DNA of 64,000 nucleotides from a virus: the IMG/VR virus record IMGVR_UViG_3300010005_000040; one strand, 5' to 3'. The position numbers and the translations under genes were made by a program. Under the pieces are notes generated by a model. The model saw only the letters and a list, made by a program, of their open reading frames with translations, was not told the origin of the DNA and made no database searches. The stretch's first letter is position 1. The number at the start of each line of letters is the position of its first letter. This document shows, one piece after another, positions 8,567 through 16,485 of this stretch.

Positions 8567-8886
8567 AGGATTGCTCCCGACAAGGTGAGAGGGGCAACAA
8601 ACACGTTGCCGGGAGCGTCCGATGCTGGGAGGGAGGGCAGCATCAGATGGGAAGGGAATTCAGGCCAAGCGAACCACGCGATAGGCTCCTCGCCTTTGCC
8701 AAGCATCTCCCAGCGACCATCGTTTTCGTCGGGGATGAAGTGGCTGAGGACGACTTTGCCGCACTTGGTAGCGAGGATTACTCGAGCAGGAGCGAAGCGA
8801 GATGAGAAACGAGGCCCCTTTGGGGTCATCACCTTTAGCTCAACCATCTTGCCGCGAGGAGCTTGGGAAATGTCAGCGTTCCACAT
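8563..8886 (-). CDS. Hypothetical protein (DUF551-like W..I..AP start)
   Basis: MWNADISQAPRG...PIAWFAWP. Confidence 0.55.
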   Translation of the reverse strand: MWNADISQAPRGKMVELKVMTPKGPRFSSRFAPARVILATKCGKVVLSHFIPDENDGRWEMLGKGEEPIAWFAWPEFPSHLMLPSLPASDAPGNVFVAPLTLSGAIL

Positions 8887-9116
8887 TACAGCGACCCTCC
8901 CAGGTCGAAGTCAGCTATGGTGATCTTCGGGTAGGTGAATTGATCGTTGGCGGGCGTGGATCGGCCTATGGTTGCGCCGGCTTCGTTGCGGCCCGAAACT
9001 TTTCGTGAACTATAAGCAGAACTTACTCTGAAGAGCCCAGAACGCGCCCTTGATGCTGCACTGCGATTTGCCCCAGCCTCGCCTTGAGCCGGCTTCCGGC
9101 CTTGGGGGGAATTGTC

Positions 9117-9383
9117 ATGGAGCATCTGCTGTCCGAACCGGCCATCATACCGGACGTTTTCTGCACCGGCCTTGCCGAGGCAGAGGACCTTGGAGACGGC
9201 AACTTTCGGTTCACCCTCTACGCCAGGCAGAAATCCATGCAGGATTATGCCGGAGCCTTCGATTACGTGATCGTTGCGCGGTTGATCATGCCCACTGTCG
9301 CTGTCCACCAATCCATTCAGATGACCATGAAGGCCATGGGGGTGAGCTGCTGTGGAGCCGAGAGGCTGAGACTGGCGCATTAG
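9117..9383 (+). CDS. Hypothetical protein, opposite strand within the early-left operon
   Basis: GGGGGA SD-like sequence before ATG 9117; globular 88-aa product; convergent 4-bp overlap with the GIY-YIG gene. Confidence 0.55.
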   Translation: MEHLLSEPAIIPDVFCTGLAEAEDLGDGNFRFTLYARQKSMQDYAGAFDYVIVARLIMPTVAVHQSIQMTMKAMGVSCCGAERLRLAH

Positions 9384-9733
9384 GCGGCCCTTCTCATTGC
9401 CAAAGCACCAAGGGCGCCACTGCGGAGTATTTTCACGCCAGACAGATCAACGGCATCTTCGATCGGTACGCCATTGCGAAGCTTCTCGATGAGGCGGGCC
9501 AGCATCAAGGAGCCGAAGAACCATTCCCCATGGGAGTGACTGTGCAAAAAGTAGGCGTGCAACTTCCGCTCAAGGCCGAGGCCGCCGCGAACAAACGCTG
9601 CGACCTCAAGAGGAACCGGAGACGATTTCTCCAATTCCTTCAGGCGCTTCTCAACGTCGATCGTGCAGCCGATCTTGACGGGCCAGTCGGAACCCTTCGG
9701 CTTGATGAAGTAAACGTACTCGTAAGACCTCAT
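9380..9733 (-). CDS. GIY-YIG family (T5orf172/MUG113-like) protein
   Basis: YVYFI...VKIGCT.DVEKRLKEL...ERKLH..F......GEWF. Confidence 0.8.
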   Translation of the reverse strand: MRSYEYVYFIKPKGSDWPVKIGCTIDVEKRLKELEKSSPVPLEVAAFVRGGLGLERKLHAYFLHSHSHGEWFFGSLMLARLIEKLRNGVPIEDAVDLSGVKILRSGALGALAMRRAA

Positions 9734-9939
9734 GACGCCACCTCGACCGATTGGTACCAGTCAGCGGCAGTGACCTTGCCGCCGGTCACTTCTTGGATCT
9801 TTTCCATGTACGCGCGGCGCGGGATGGCGCCGTTTTCCCATTTGTACACCATGCCCTTATGGGCACCGATCTGGCTGGCGAATGCCTCCAGGGAGAGCCT
9901 GCCGGCTTCTTCTCGGTATTGGGTAAGCGCGTGTTTCAT
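9730..9939 (-). CDS. cro: Cro-like repressor
   Basis: 69-aa HTH (LSLEAFASQIGAHKGMVYKWENG..P...M.KI...TGGKVTAADW), divergent from cI. Confidence 0.85.
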   Translation of the reverse strand: MKHALTQYREEAGRLSLEAFASQIGAHKGMVYKWENGAIPRRAYMEKIQEVTGGKVTAADWYQSVEVAS

Positions 9940-9945
9940 GATTTT

Positions 9946-9974
9946 CAGTTTCTATTATAGCAACCGCTACGTCA
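9946..9974 (-). promoter_or_regulatory. pR promoter with overlapping operator GTTTCTATTATAGCAAC (9948-9964)
   Basis: Minus strand TTGACG-N17-GAAACT, same spacing and -10 as pL; 17-bp dyad. Confidence 0.7.
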
Positions 9975-9992
9975 AGGGCCTCGCCCAAAAAA

Positions 9993-10043
9993 GTTTCTCT
10001 TTCAGGTAACGCGTGGATTTTTGCGGTGCACCATAATGGAAAC
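9993..10043 (+). promoter_or_regulatory. Degenerate operator (9993-10010) and pRM-like promoter
   Basis: GTTTCTCTTTCAGGTAAC; CATAAT at 10032-10037 followed 6 nt later by the cI ATG; no good -35. Confidence 0.5.
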
Positions 10044-10382
10044 ATGCCGAAGCCGATTCAGATACGCCATCTCCAGCGCAAGCCCGCAAGGATCTACCTT
10101 GAGGAATGGCTCAAGCATCGCCATCTGACAGCAGAGCAGCTGGCCGGGCGCATGGAGACAAGCAAATCGGTTGTCTCGAAACTGATCAACGGTCGCCAGC
10201 GGTACAACCAGGATTGGCTTGAGCGCATTGCCTATGCTCTGGACTGCGAAGTTGCCGAACTGTACCGCCCGCCAATGGCGCCGACCGCGAATGAGCTTTT
10301 GGCCCGGATGCCGCCCGAAGTTCGCGAGACCGCGATCAATGTGCTGATCGACCTGGCTGGCGTGAGAAAAACCGGCTCTTGA
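10044..10382 (+). CDS. cI: CI-like repressor (HTH_3/XRE, no peptidase domain)
   Basis: LEEWLKHRHLTAEQLAGRMETSKSVVSKLINGRQRYN..WLERIAYAL; divergent from cro. Confidence 0.85.
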   Translation: MPKPIQIRHLQRKPARIYLEEWLKHRHLTAEQLAGRMETSKSVVSKLINGRQRYNQDWLERIAYALDCEVAELYRPPMAPTANELLARMPPEVRETAINVLIDLAGVRKTGS

Positions 10383-10399
10383 GACCTACTTATCTTACT

Positions 10400-10745
10400 T
10401 CCTTTAGGTTCTGACTGCTGGTGAGTTCGTTGTTTCGGGGCATAGGAGGACTAAGCCCCGTGCCCGAAGGCATCCGAGGTTAGCCCTATCCCCTACACGA
10501 TCCTGACTGCCGGAGCCGTCCGCCGCCTAGAGCCAGTTGGTCGTTTGCCAGCGCCAACTATCGACCGCACTATTTCGGCTCCCTGACTGGAACCGGCGAC
10601 ACCCCTTCGGTCTTTCGGAGTGGGGTTGCATCATGTCGCGCCCGGTGGTAATGCATAAGTCGTCACTTATAACGACCCCGGGTCCGCCACCGTCTTCAAC
10701 CGTCCGGCACCCGTATTCAGAGCCCCAGCCTCATCAGCTGGGGTT
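10400..10745 (-). ncRNA. Candidate structured non-coding RNA (about 345 nt)
   Basis: ORF-poor gap with many nested inverted repeats, a UUCG tetraloop hairpin, CTGACTG x3, and an upstream minus-strand promoter. Confidence 0.5.
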
Positions 10746-10750
10746 TCTGC

Positions 10751-10780
10751 TTTATAAGCCCATTCCTCACCCCTTGTCAA
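10751..10780 (-). promoter_or_regulatory. Leftward sigma70-like promoter, back-to-back with pL
   Basis: Minus strand TTGACA (10780-10775)-N17/18-TTATAA/TATAAA. Confidence 0.6.
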
Positions 10781-10785
10781 AATAA

Positions 10786-10838
10786 GTTTCTATTCGAGCA
10801 ACAAAGCGGTTGACAGATTGGTTTCTGTTTGAGAAACT
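10786..10838 (+). promoter_or_regulatory. pL promoter with two operators (10786-10802, 10821-10837)
   Basis: TTGACA (10810-10815)-N17-GAAACT; dyads GTTTCTATTCGAGCAAC and GTTTCTGTTTGAGAAAC. Confidence 0.75.
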
Positions 10839-10867
10839 GCCCTCAACACCAGATGAGGAACACGGGC

Positions 10868-11110
10868 ATGAACGCCAACCACACCAAGATCTCCTGCTTC
10901 GGAAACGACGGCCACGAATACGCCAAGGAATTCACCGGAGAGACGGCCGTCCTCGATGCCCTCAACTACTTCATGGCTCAGATGGACCGCAGCGAATGGG
11001 ATCGCGTTCGTCAGCAGATCATCTTTGCCGGCGAGAACGCAATGAAGGTTGGCGACTGGCGGTCAGGCTTCGGCCCCGTCTTCCAATACCCAAAGGAACT
11101 GGCGGCCTAA
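10868..11110 (+). CDS. First pL gene, hypothetical
   Basis: GAGGA SD before ATG 10868. Confidence 0.65.
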   Translation: MNANHTKISCFGNDGHEYAKEFTGETAVLDALNYFMAQMDRSEWDRVRQQIIFAGENAMKVGDWRSGFGPVFQYPKELAA

Positions 11111-11184
11111 ACCGGGCCAGTCCCGAACGCCGGGGAGCAGCGCGTGACAGCTCGGAGAGACGGCACTGAAACGGGAAAAGTCTC

Positions 11185-11370
11185 ATGTGCAACGCCTGCC
11201 ATAATATGTGCTGCGGTTCAGATGAGTTCGGCGGTTGCGGCTGCGACGGTTGCGATGAACCGGACTGCTGGTCGGATGACGATGACTTCTTCGGCGACGA
11301 TGACAGCGATTACCCCGACTACGACTGCGCCTGTTCGCGGCCTTCGGTATTCGAATGCGTCCAGACCTAA
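11185..11370 (+). CDS. Cys/Asp-rich small protein
   Basis: 61 aa, 11 Cys, 17 Asp/Glu, one Arg; operon orientation; weak SD. Confidence 0.55.
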   Translation: MCNACHNMCCGSDEFGGCGCDGCDEPDCWSDDDDFFGDDDSDYPDYDCACSRPSVFECVQT

Positions 11371-11421
11371 ATCCCCCAACCCAGGAACAGGCATACGCCT
11401 TCCAAACAGAGGACTGAGAAC

Positions 11422-11823
11422 ATGGACGCCACCGCAGAACAGCCAATCCCATTCACGCAGTTCATGCGCCCGACAGGGCGGCCCATGCCAGTCAGCATCA
11501 AGCGACCGGATGATATCGCGACCAAAGCTTCGGCCATCATAGACGCTGGATACCGGTTCGAATGCGAGATGCTTACGACCGGCGATGTCAGCCTGACAGT
11601 TACCGATGACCATGGCGACTTGGAAATCGAAGTCGTTCCGAACGGGACCGATGTTCCTGCCGCAGTCGATCGCTTGGTTGAGCGCGCTTTCAAATCTGCG
11701 CGCGCTCTCGATGTCCAAGCAGACCCAAATTGGGAGCGGTGCAGGGCGGCAACTGATTCATCAGTCGAGGTGAGCGAAGCCTTTGATCTCCTCAACAAGA
11801 TCACCGCAGCATATCGCTCCTAA
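11422..11823 (+). CDS. Hypothetical early protein
   Basis: GAGGA SD; IPFTQFMRPTGR...GYRFECEMLTTGDVSLTV. Confidence 0.7.
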   Translation: MDATAEQPIPFTQFMRPTGRPMPVSIKRPDDIATKASAIIDAGYRFECEMLTTGDVSLTVTDDHGDLEIEVVPNGTDVPAAVDRLVERAFKSARALDVQADPNWERCRAATDSSVEVSEAFDLLNKITAAYRS

Positions 11824-11872
11824 CCCCCTTCCCCGGCAGGCATACGCCTCCCCCTCCATACGGAGTAAGACA

Positions 11873-12097
11873 ATGACACGCAGTTTCGAATGGCTCGAGA
11901 AGGGCGCGACACCTGACCTCGCTGACCTTGGAATGCGCATTGCTGCCTGCATCCGCAAACATGGCTACACCGAGCGTTCGTGGCTGACTGCCAGCATCAA
12001 GAGGCAAATCGCGCAGTTTGGTAGAGCGCGGGCCACGATGAATATCTCGCGCAATGCAGACGGCACATGGGCTTCAACCGAATGGAGGCCTGCATGA
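11873..12097 (+). CDS. Hypothetical early protein
   Basis: GGAG SD before ATG 11873. Confidence 0.55.
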   Translation: MTRSFEWLEKGATPDLADLGMRIAACIRKHGYTERSWLTASIKRQIAQFGRARATMNISRNADGTWASTEWRPA

Positions 12098-12363
12098 CCG
12101 CCCCCTTCCGCCATCCCTACACCAAGACAGCCTCATCCATGGCAACCACGCTGAGCAACATAGGTCGCCAGCGTCCTAAGCAGGAAGTGAGGGTCATCTG
12201 CACGGCATGCAGCGGATCGGTCCTAGGCCCTCGCTACGACGTGTTCGTGGCTGGCGATTACTACACCGTCCGCGAAATCACCCTCCAGCAGCTTCGGCAA
12301 GGCGTCACGCCGGCAGAACTTGAGCTGGAGCCGATCGATCCTGACCATGAGGATTTTGACTGA
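12094..12363 (+). CDS. Hypothetical early protein
   Basis: GGAGG SD, ATGA-coupled start. Confidence 0.6.
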   Translation: MTAPFRHPYTKTASSMATTLSNIGRQRPKQEVRVICTACSGSVLGPRYDVFVAGDYYTVREITLQQLRQGVTPAELELEPIDPDHEDFD

Positions 12364-12464
12364 TGGACGACGCCTTAACCCGCGCAACCAACTGGCTCGC
12401 AGACCACAGGCGCATCACCTGCCTGGGCCTCTATTTCGTTCTCAAGATGGATTTGCCGAGATGA
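12363..12464 (+). CDS. 33-aa small protein MDDALTRATNWLADHRRITCLGLYFVLKMDLPR
   Basis: TGATG overlap upstream and ATGA overlap downstream. Confidence 0.45.
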   Translation: MDDALTRATNWLADHRRITCLGLYFVLKMDLPR

Positions 12465-12784
12465 ACAAGGAACGCATTCTGAAACTGGCCGATGTCATAG
12501 AAAATGCGCCGCATCAGCCCATACCTCCTCGTGGTACGCCCAAGCGCAAATTAGCGGGCTTCAATATGTCAAATTGGCATTGCGGGACGGTCGGTTGCAT
12601 CGCGGGGTGGGCAAGGGAGATTTTTGGCGAGGGGCCATATGATGCTCTAGATCTAGAGTTCTGGCAGGCGGATGCACTTTATGTCCCGCATGGGCCCACG
12701 CATGACATTCAGCCCCACCACGCCGCTGCTGTCCTTCGCCACCTAGCCGAAACCGGCAAAGTCGACTGGACGGTCCAGCCATGA
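12461..12784 (+). CDS. Hypothetical early protein
   Basis: MNKERILKLADVIE...CGTVGCIAGWA...AAAVLRHLAETGKVDW, a recurrent phage family pattern. Confidence 0.7.
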   Translation: MNKERILKLADVIENAPHQPIPPRGTPKRKLAGFNMSNWHCGTVGCIAGWAREIFGEGPYDALDLEFWQADALYVPHGPTHDIQPHHAAAVLRHLAETGKVDWTVQP

Positions 12785-13038
12785 ACTCGGCTCAACCCCT
12801 GCTCGATAGCAAGACAGCCGTGCGCCTGCCGTATCTCAGCCAGGCTCAGGCGGAATTCAGTCTCAGCCAGACCTTGCGCCGGCTTGCTCATGCTGCCCGC
12901 CGCGAAGCGCAAGCTTGGGAAGCGCAGGGCAAATACCAGAAATTCGCGGACGCGATGCTTGAGGGGCGCCGCTTATGGCGTGACGCCAAATGGCATCTGG
13001 AGCGCGCAAAAATGAACCACGAAAGGGCAATTCGATGA
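12781..13038 (+). CDS. Hypothetical early protein
   Basis: Coupled ORF. Confidence 0.55.
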   Translation: MNSAQPLLDSKTAVRLPYLSQAQAEFSLSQTLRRLAHAARREAQAWEAQGKYQKFADAMLEGRRLWRDAKWHLERAKMNHERAIR

Positions 13039-13754
13039 TCGAAACCAGTGAGAGCATTGTAGCCCTGACCGCCGCAATCATCAAGGTTCAGGGCGGCATC
13101 AGCGGCGTCCACAAGAACGCCCAGAACGCCCATTTCCGCAGCAGCTACGCGACGCTGGAGAACGTCATCGACACGGCGCGTCCTGCTCTCCAAGAGGCAG
13201 GGATAGCCTTTGTCCAAGCGCCAGGACAAGTCGTTGACGGCTCTGTCGAAGTGACCACGATGCTGGTGCACTCGTCTGGCGAGTGGATGCGCTCCACATT
13301 GCATGTGCCGCTTGGGAAACGTGACCCGCAAGGCGTTGGCTCAGCGATCACTTATGGGTGCCGATACTCCCTCATGGCCATGCTCGGCCTGCCCCCGACC
13401 GACGACGACGGTGAGGCGGTAATGGAGCGTGAGGAGCCGCCGAAGCGCACGATCGGCATCAACCCCAAGACCGGGATGGCCACGGCCAACGCGCTGAAGA
13501 AGGACACCGGTCCCGACAACTGGAACGCGTTCCAGACCGAACTTGTCGAATGCGAGACGGTGCCAATGCTGACCAAGCTGGCGCTGAGCTGGTCATCGAT
13601 CGCCGAGCGCGACAAGTGGCCATCGCACTGGCGGGAACTCGCAAAAGAGGAACTGAACAAACGCAGAGAAGTCATCCTGAACGGCTTACCAGACGATGAT
13701 ATCTTCCCAGGAGACCGCCCCTCTGGCGCTGTCGCCAACATGATGGCTGGCTGA
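13035..13754 (+). CDS. erf: ERF-family single-strand annealing recombinase
   Basis: NAHFRSSYATLENV...LVHSSGEW...DPQGVGSAITYGCRYSLMAMLGL...DDDG. Confidence 0.9.
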   Translation: MIETSESIVALTAAIIKVQGGISGVHKNAQNAHFRSSYATLENVIDTARPALQEAGIAFVQAPGQVVDGSVEVTTMLVHSSGEWMRSTLHVPLGKRDPQGVGSAITYGCRYSLMAMLGLPPTDDDGEAVMEREEPPKRTIGINPKTGMATANALKKDTGPDNWNAFQTELVECETVPMLTKLALSWSSIAERDKWPSHWRELAKEELNKRREVILNGLPDDDIFPGDRPSGAVANMMAG

Positions 13755-13759
13755 CCATT

Positions 13760-14329
13760 ATGGATGGGATTTGCTCTATCCAAGAATGTGGAACGCCGGC
13801 AGTAGCGCGCGGATGGTGTGAGAACCATTACCGAAGATGGCTACGCAACGGTGATCCACTGAGCGGCAGGGTATCAAACGGCGAGCCAGAGCGGTTTTTG
13901 CGCGAAACGGTGTTCGTTTATGACGGCGATGAATGCCTGATTTGGCCGTTTGCGAAAAGTCATGGGCGACCGCGTATCCGTCGCGAATTTGTAACTCGTG
14001 TTGTTTGTGAAGAGACAAACGGACCGCCGCCTACGCCAGATCATGAAGCCGCGCATTCTTGCGGAAACGGGCATCTGGCCTGCGTGACCAAACGCCATTT
14101 GGCTTGGAAGACACATGCCGAAAATATGGCGGACATGATCCAGCACGGCACCAGCACGCGGGGCGAAAAGCACCCAAACGCAAGGCTGACTGATGGTGAC
14201 GTGTCGGAGATACGGCGGCTGTCCTCCCACAATACGCAGCGCGAGATCGCGAAGCTTTACGGCATTTCACAATCTCACGTCGCCAACATCCAATCCGGCA
14301 CAAAACGAAATTCAGGAGACCAGAAATGA
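13760..14329 (+). CDS. HNH (Zn-binding-loop) homing endonuclease with C-terminal HTH
   Basis: CSIQEC..GWCENHY, ECLIWP, EAAHSCGNGHLAC...HLAWKTHAENMADM, RGEKHPNARLT..DV.EIR. Confidence 0.88.
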   Translation: MDGICSIQECGTPAVARGWCENHYRRWLRNGDPLSGRVSNGEPERFLRETVFVYDGDECLIWPFAKSHGRPRIRREFVTRVVCEETNGPPPTPDHEAAHSCGNGHLACVTKRHLAWKTHAENMADMIQHGTSTRGEKHPNARLTDGDVSEIRRLSSHNTQREIAKLYGISQSHVANIQSGTKRNSGDQK

Positions 14330-14628
14330 GCACTTATCAAAAAAAGGACATGTCCGGCACGCTCTTTCGGAACGAACGGAAAGAGACCGACAGCCATCCT
14401 GATTGGGCCGGCTACATCATCATAAACGGCGTGGAACATTGGTTAAACGGCTGGGAAAAGCACGGCGCCAAAGGGCTGTTTTTCTCCCTCGCAGCCAAGC
14501 CCAAAGAGCAGCGCGCGCAAGAGATCAAGCAGGCCGCGAAACCTCGCTACGGCGATGACGACCAAGACAGGTCAGTTGGCGGCGGCTTCCATGACAAGGA
14601 AATCCCGTTCGCCCCCGAGTTTCGATGA
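14326..14628 (+). CDS. SSB-like protein (OB-fold, acidic D.EIPF tail)
   Basis: GTLFRNERKETDSHPDWAG...WLNGW...FSLA; C-terminal DKEIPF; downstream of the recombinase. Confidence 0.65.
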   Translation: MSTYQKKDMSGTLFRNERKETDSHPDWAGYIIINGVEHWLNGWEKHGAKGLFFSLAAKPKEQRAQEIKQAAKPRYGDDDQDRSVGGGFHDKEIPFAPEFR

Positions 14629-14678
14629 CAGCAAAGGGCGGTGGGGCTTCGGCTCTACCGCCCGGAAAGGCCAGGGAC

Positions 14679-14999
14679 ATGACCATTTCCAATATGCCTA
14701 TCTCAGAACAATTCCGCCTTGTCGCGAAGGAATGGGTTGAGGCCGATAGCGCAGCTCGCCTGCTAGAGGAAACCAAGACCGCAGTCCTTGCTCAACGCAT
14801 GAAGGCACTTGGCGATATGCCAGCGGCTCACTCGGAGCGTGAGGTAAAAGCCTCCCGTGAATGGGCGGATTTCATCGAAAAGATGACGCGGGCGCGGACC
14901 CAAGCCAACCTCAAAAAGGTCCAGCTTGAATACATCCGCATGCAGTTTTCCGAAGCCCAATCTTTCGAGGCCACGAAACGCGCGGAGATGAAGCTATGA
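14679..14999 (+). CDS. Conserved recombination-module protein
   Basis: AKEWVEADSAARLLEETKTAVLAQ; helical. Confidence 0.6.
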   Translation: MTISNMPISEQFRLVAKEWVEADSAARLLEETKTAVLAQRMKALGDMPAAHSEREVKASREWADFIEKMTRARTQANLKKVQLEYIRMQFSEAQSFEATKRAEMKL

Positions 15000-15178
15000 C
15001 CGCCCGCTTTTACTGGCGCCGTGCGCACCCAGTCCGCCTCCCCGACAAGGTAAACACCAAGCCTCATCAAGAACTTTGGGAAGCCTACCGCACAGAAAAG
15101 CTCAACAAGGAAATAGAACAGCTCATTGCGGCTGAACTGGACCGGGATTTTCGGAGAGCGTCAAATGGCGCGCCGTGA
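14996..15178 (+). CDS. Hypothetical protein
   Basis: Coupled 60-aa ORF. Confidence 0.45.
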   Translation: MTARFYWRRAHPVRLPDKVNTKPHQELWEAYRTEKLNKEIEQLIAAELDRDFRRASNGAP

Positions 15179-15521
15179 GTTCACACGCAAGATCCGTCAA
15201 GCTGCAATCGCCAGAGCAGCCGGCAAATGTGAGAAGTGCACCGCCGCGCTCAAGCCTGGCGAGGCAGAGGTAGACCATATCCTGCCCGACATCTTGGGCG
15301 GCGAGCCGGTGCTGGCCAATGCTCGCGTGCTCTGCCGGCCATGCCATGCGGAAAAGACGGCAGACGATATCCGCCGCACCCGCAAGGCTGACAGGCAGCG
15401 CGACAAGGCCAGCGGCGCCGTGAGGCCGAAGCAGTCGATCCCCAGCCCTCCCAAGCAACCAAAGCCAGCGCCGAAGGCAATGCCGCCGCGCCGCAATCTG
15501 TTCATGAGGAGCCAAGCATAA
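15165..15521 (+). CDS. HNH endonuclease
   Basis: CEKC...EVDHILP..LGGE..LANARVLCRPCHAEKT. Confidence 0.88.
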   Translation: MARREFTRKIRQAAIARAAGKCEKCTAALKPGEAEVDHILPDILGGEPVLANARVLCRPCHAEKTADDIRRTRKADRQRDKASGAVRPKQSIPSPPKQPKPAPKAMPPRRNLFMRSQA

Positions 15522-16276
15522 TGTTTTTGAACCGGTATCAAGACAGGCCGTCGACGCTCAAGGTTGACAACGAGATTACCTACAACGACCGCAAGGGCGC
15601 CGTCCATTCGCTCAATGAGTACAACATCACTGTCTGGCAGGACGGTGAGGTCACGGCGCAACGGAAATACTACGCCAAGAGCGACCCGAGCAGCACGTTC
15701 CCGAACATGACGGTCAGCGACGGGTCCATAAATCTGCCGATCGATGACCTCGTTGAGTTCCTCTTGGCTCGCATTACCCCGGCTGAACTTGCCGAGGGCC
15801 TCATGGAGAACGACGAGGCGCGCGAGGCCCTGGTCTACAAGATGTCAGAGCGGTTCTCGTCGCCAACGTTTCTCGACGGAGACCGTCGCACCTTCCTTAC
15901 GAAGGTTCAGCAGCAAGTCTACGCGGAAGCCATTGGCCGTGCCGTCGAGCGGCTGAACAAGGCCGAAGAAGCCCACCGTTCTCGTGATGACTACTACCGT
16001 TGGAAGGCTGTTGAAACCGGCTACTACCGGTCGATCTACGAGTCATCGATGGCGCTTCTCGATGGCGACGAAGGCAGGAAGAAGGCCTTCACCGAGCGGT
16101 ATCTGCACCCAGATAAGCTCGACGCACATATCAAGGACGGTCGAGATCCTGTCGTCAAGGAAAGCGTCGGGCCGCAGTGGCATGAGAGCCGCGATTACTG
16201 GCGCAAGCGCCTTGAGGAGTATTTCCCGGAGCCAACGTCCGATCACGCTTCTCGTCTTCGCAGGAGCGCATCATGA
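15521..16276 (+). CDS. Hypothetical protein (251 aa)
   Basis: Long coupled ORF, no family recognised. Confidence 0.7.
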   Translation: MFLNRYQDRPSTLKVDNEITYNDRKGAVHSLNEYNITVWQDGEVTAQRKYYAKSDPSSTFPNMTVSDGSINLPIDDLVEFLLARITPAELAEGLMENDEAREALVYKMSERFSSPTFLDGDRRTFLTKVQQQVYAEAIGRAVERLNKAEEAHRSRDDYYRWKAVETGYYRSIYESSMALLDGDEGRKKAFTERYLHPDKLDAHIKDGRDPVVKESVGPQWHESRDYWRKRLEEYFPEPTSDHASRLRRSAS

Positions 16277-16485
16277 GTGGAGAGACGAAGCTCACGCCGA
16301 AGCAAGCTTACGATGAACGCAGGCGGCTCCGCAGGGAAAACGACCTCCGCCGCGAACAGCGCGCCGCTTCCCAGATGGATCACGAGGACGATGTTGACCA
16401 GCGTTTAACGCGCCTCCTCGCGGCCTTCGAACGCGTGGCCGATGTCCTCGAACTTTGGGCGGATCGGCAGGAGTCGAGCACATGA
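16273..16485 (+). CDS. Hypothetical protein
   Basis: AGGAG SD, coupled. Confidence 0.55.
   Translation: MSGETKLTPKQAYDERRRLRRENDLRREQRAASQMDHEDDVDQRLTRLLAAFERVADVLELWADRQESST

Noticed and set aside
9050-10009. 319-aa plus-strand ORF
   Set aside because: Shadow ORF antisense to cro and the GIY-YIG gene and overlapping a better plus-strand gene; no recognisable motifs
10400-10600. CTGACTG x3 as a CRISPR/TIGR-like mini-array
   Set aside because: Repeat is only 7 nt with uneven 92- and 80-nt spacing, and no Cas or Nop-domain protein is recognisable in the genome
10723-10750. CTGATGA on the minus strand, as in a hammerhead ribozyme core
   Set aside because: It lies in the loop of a simple hairpin; no stem II closed by GAAA and no stem III/cleavage triplet in the correct order
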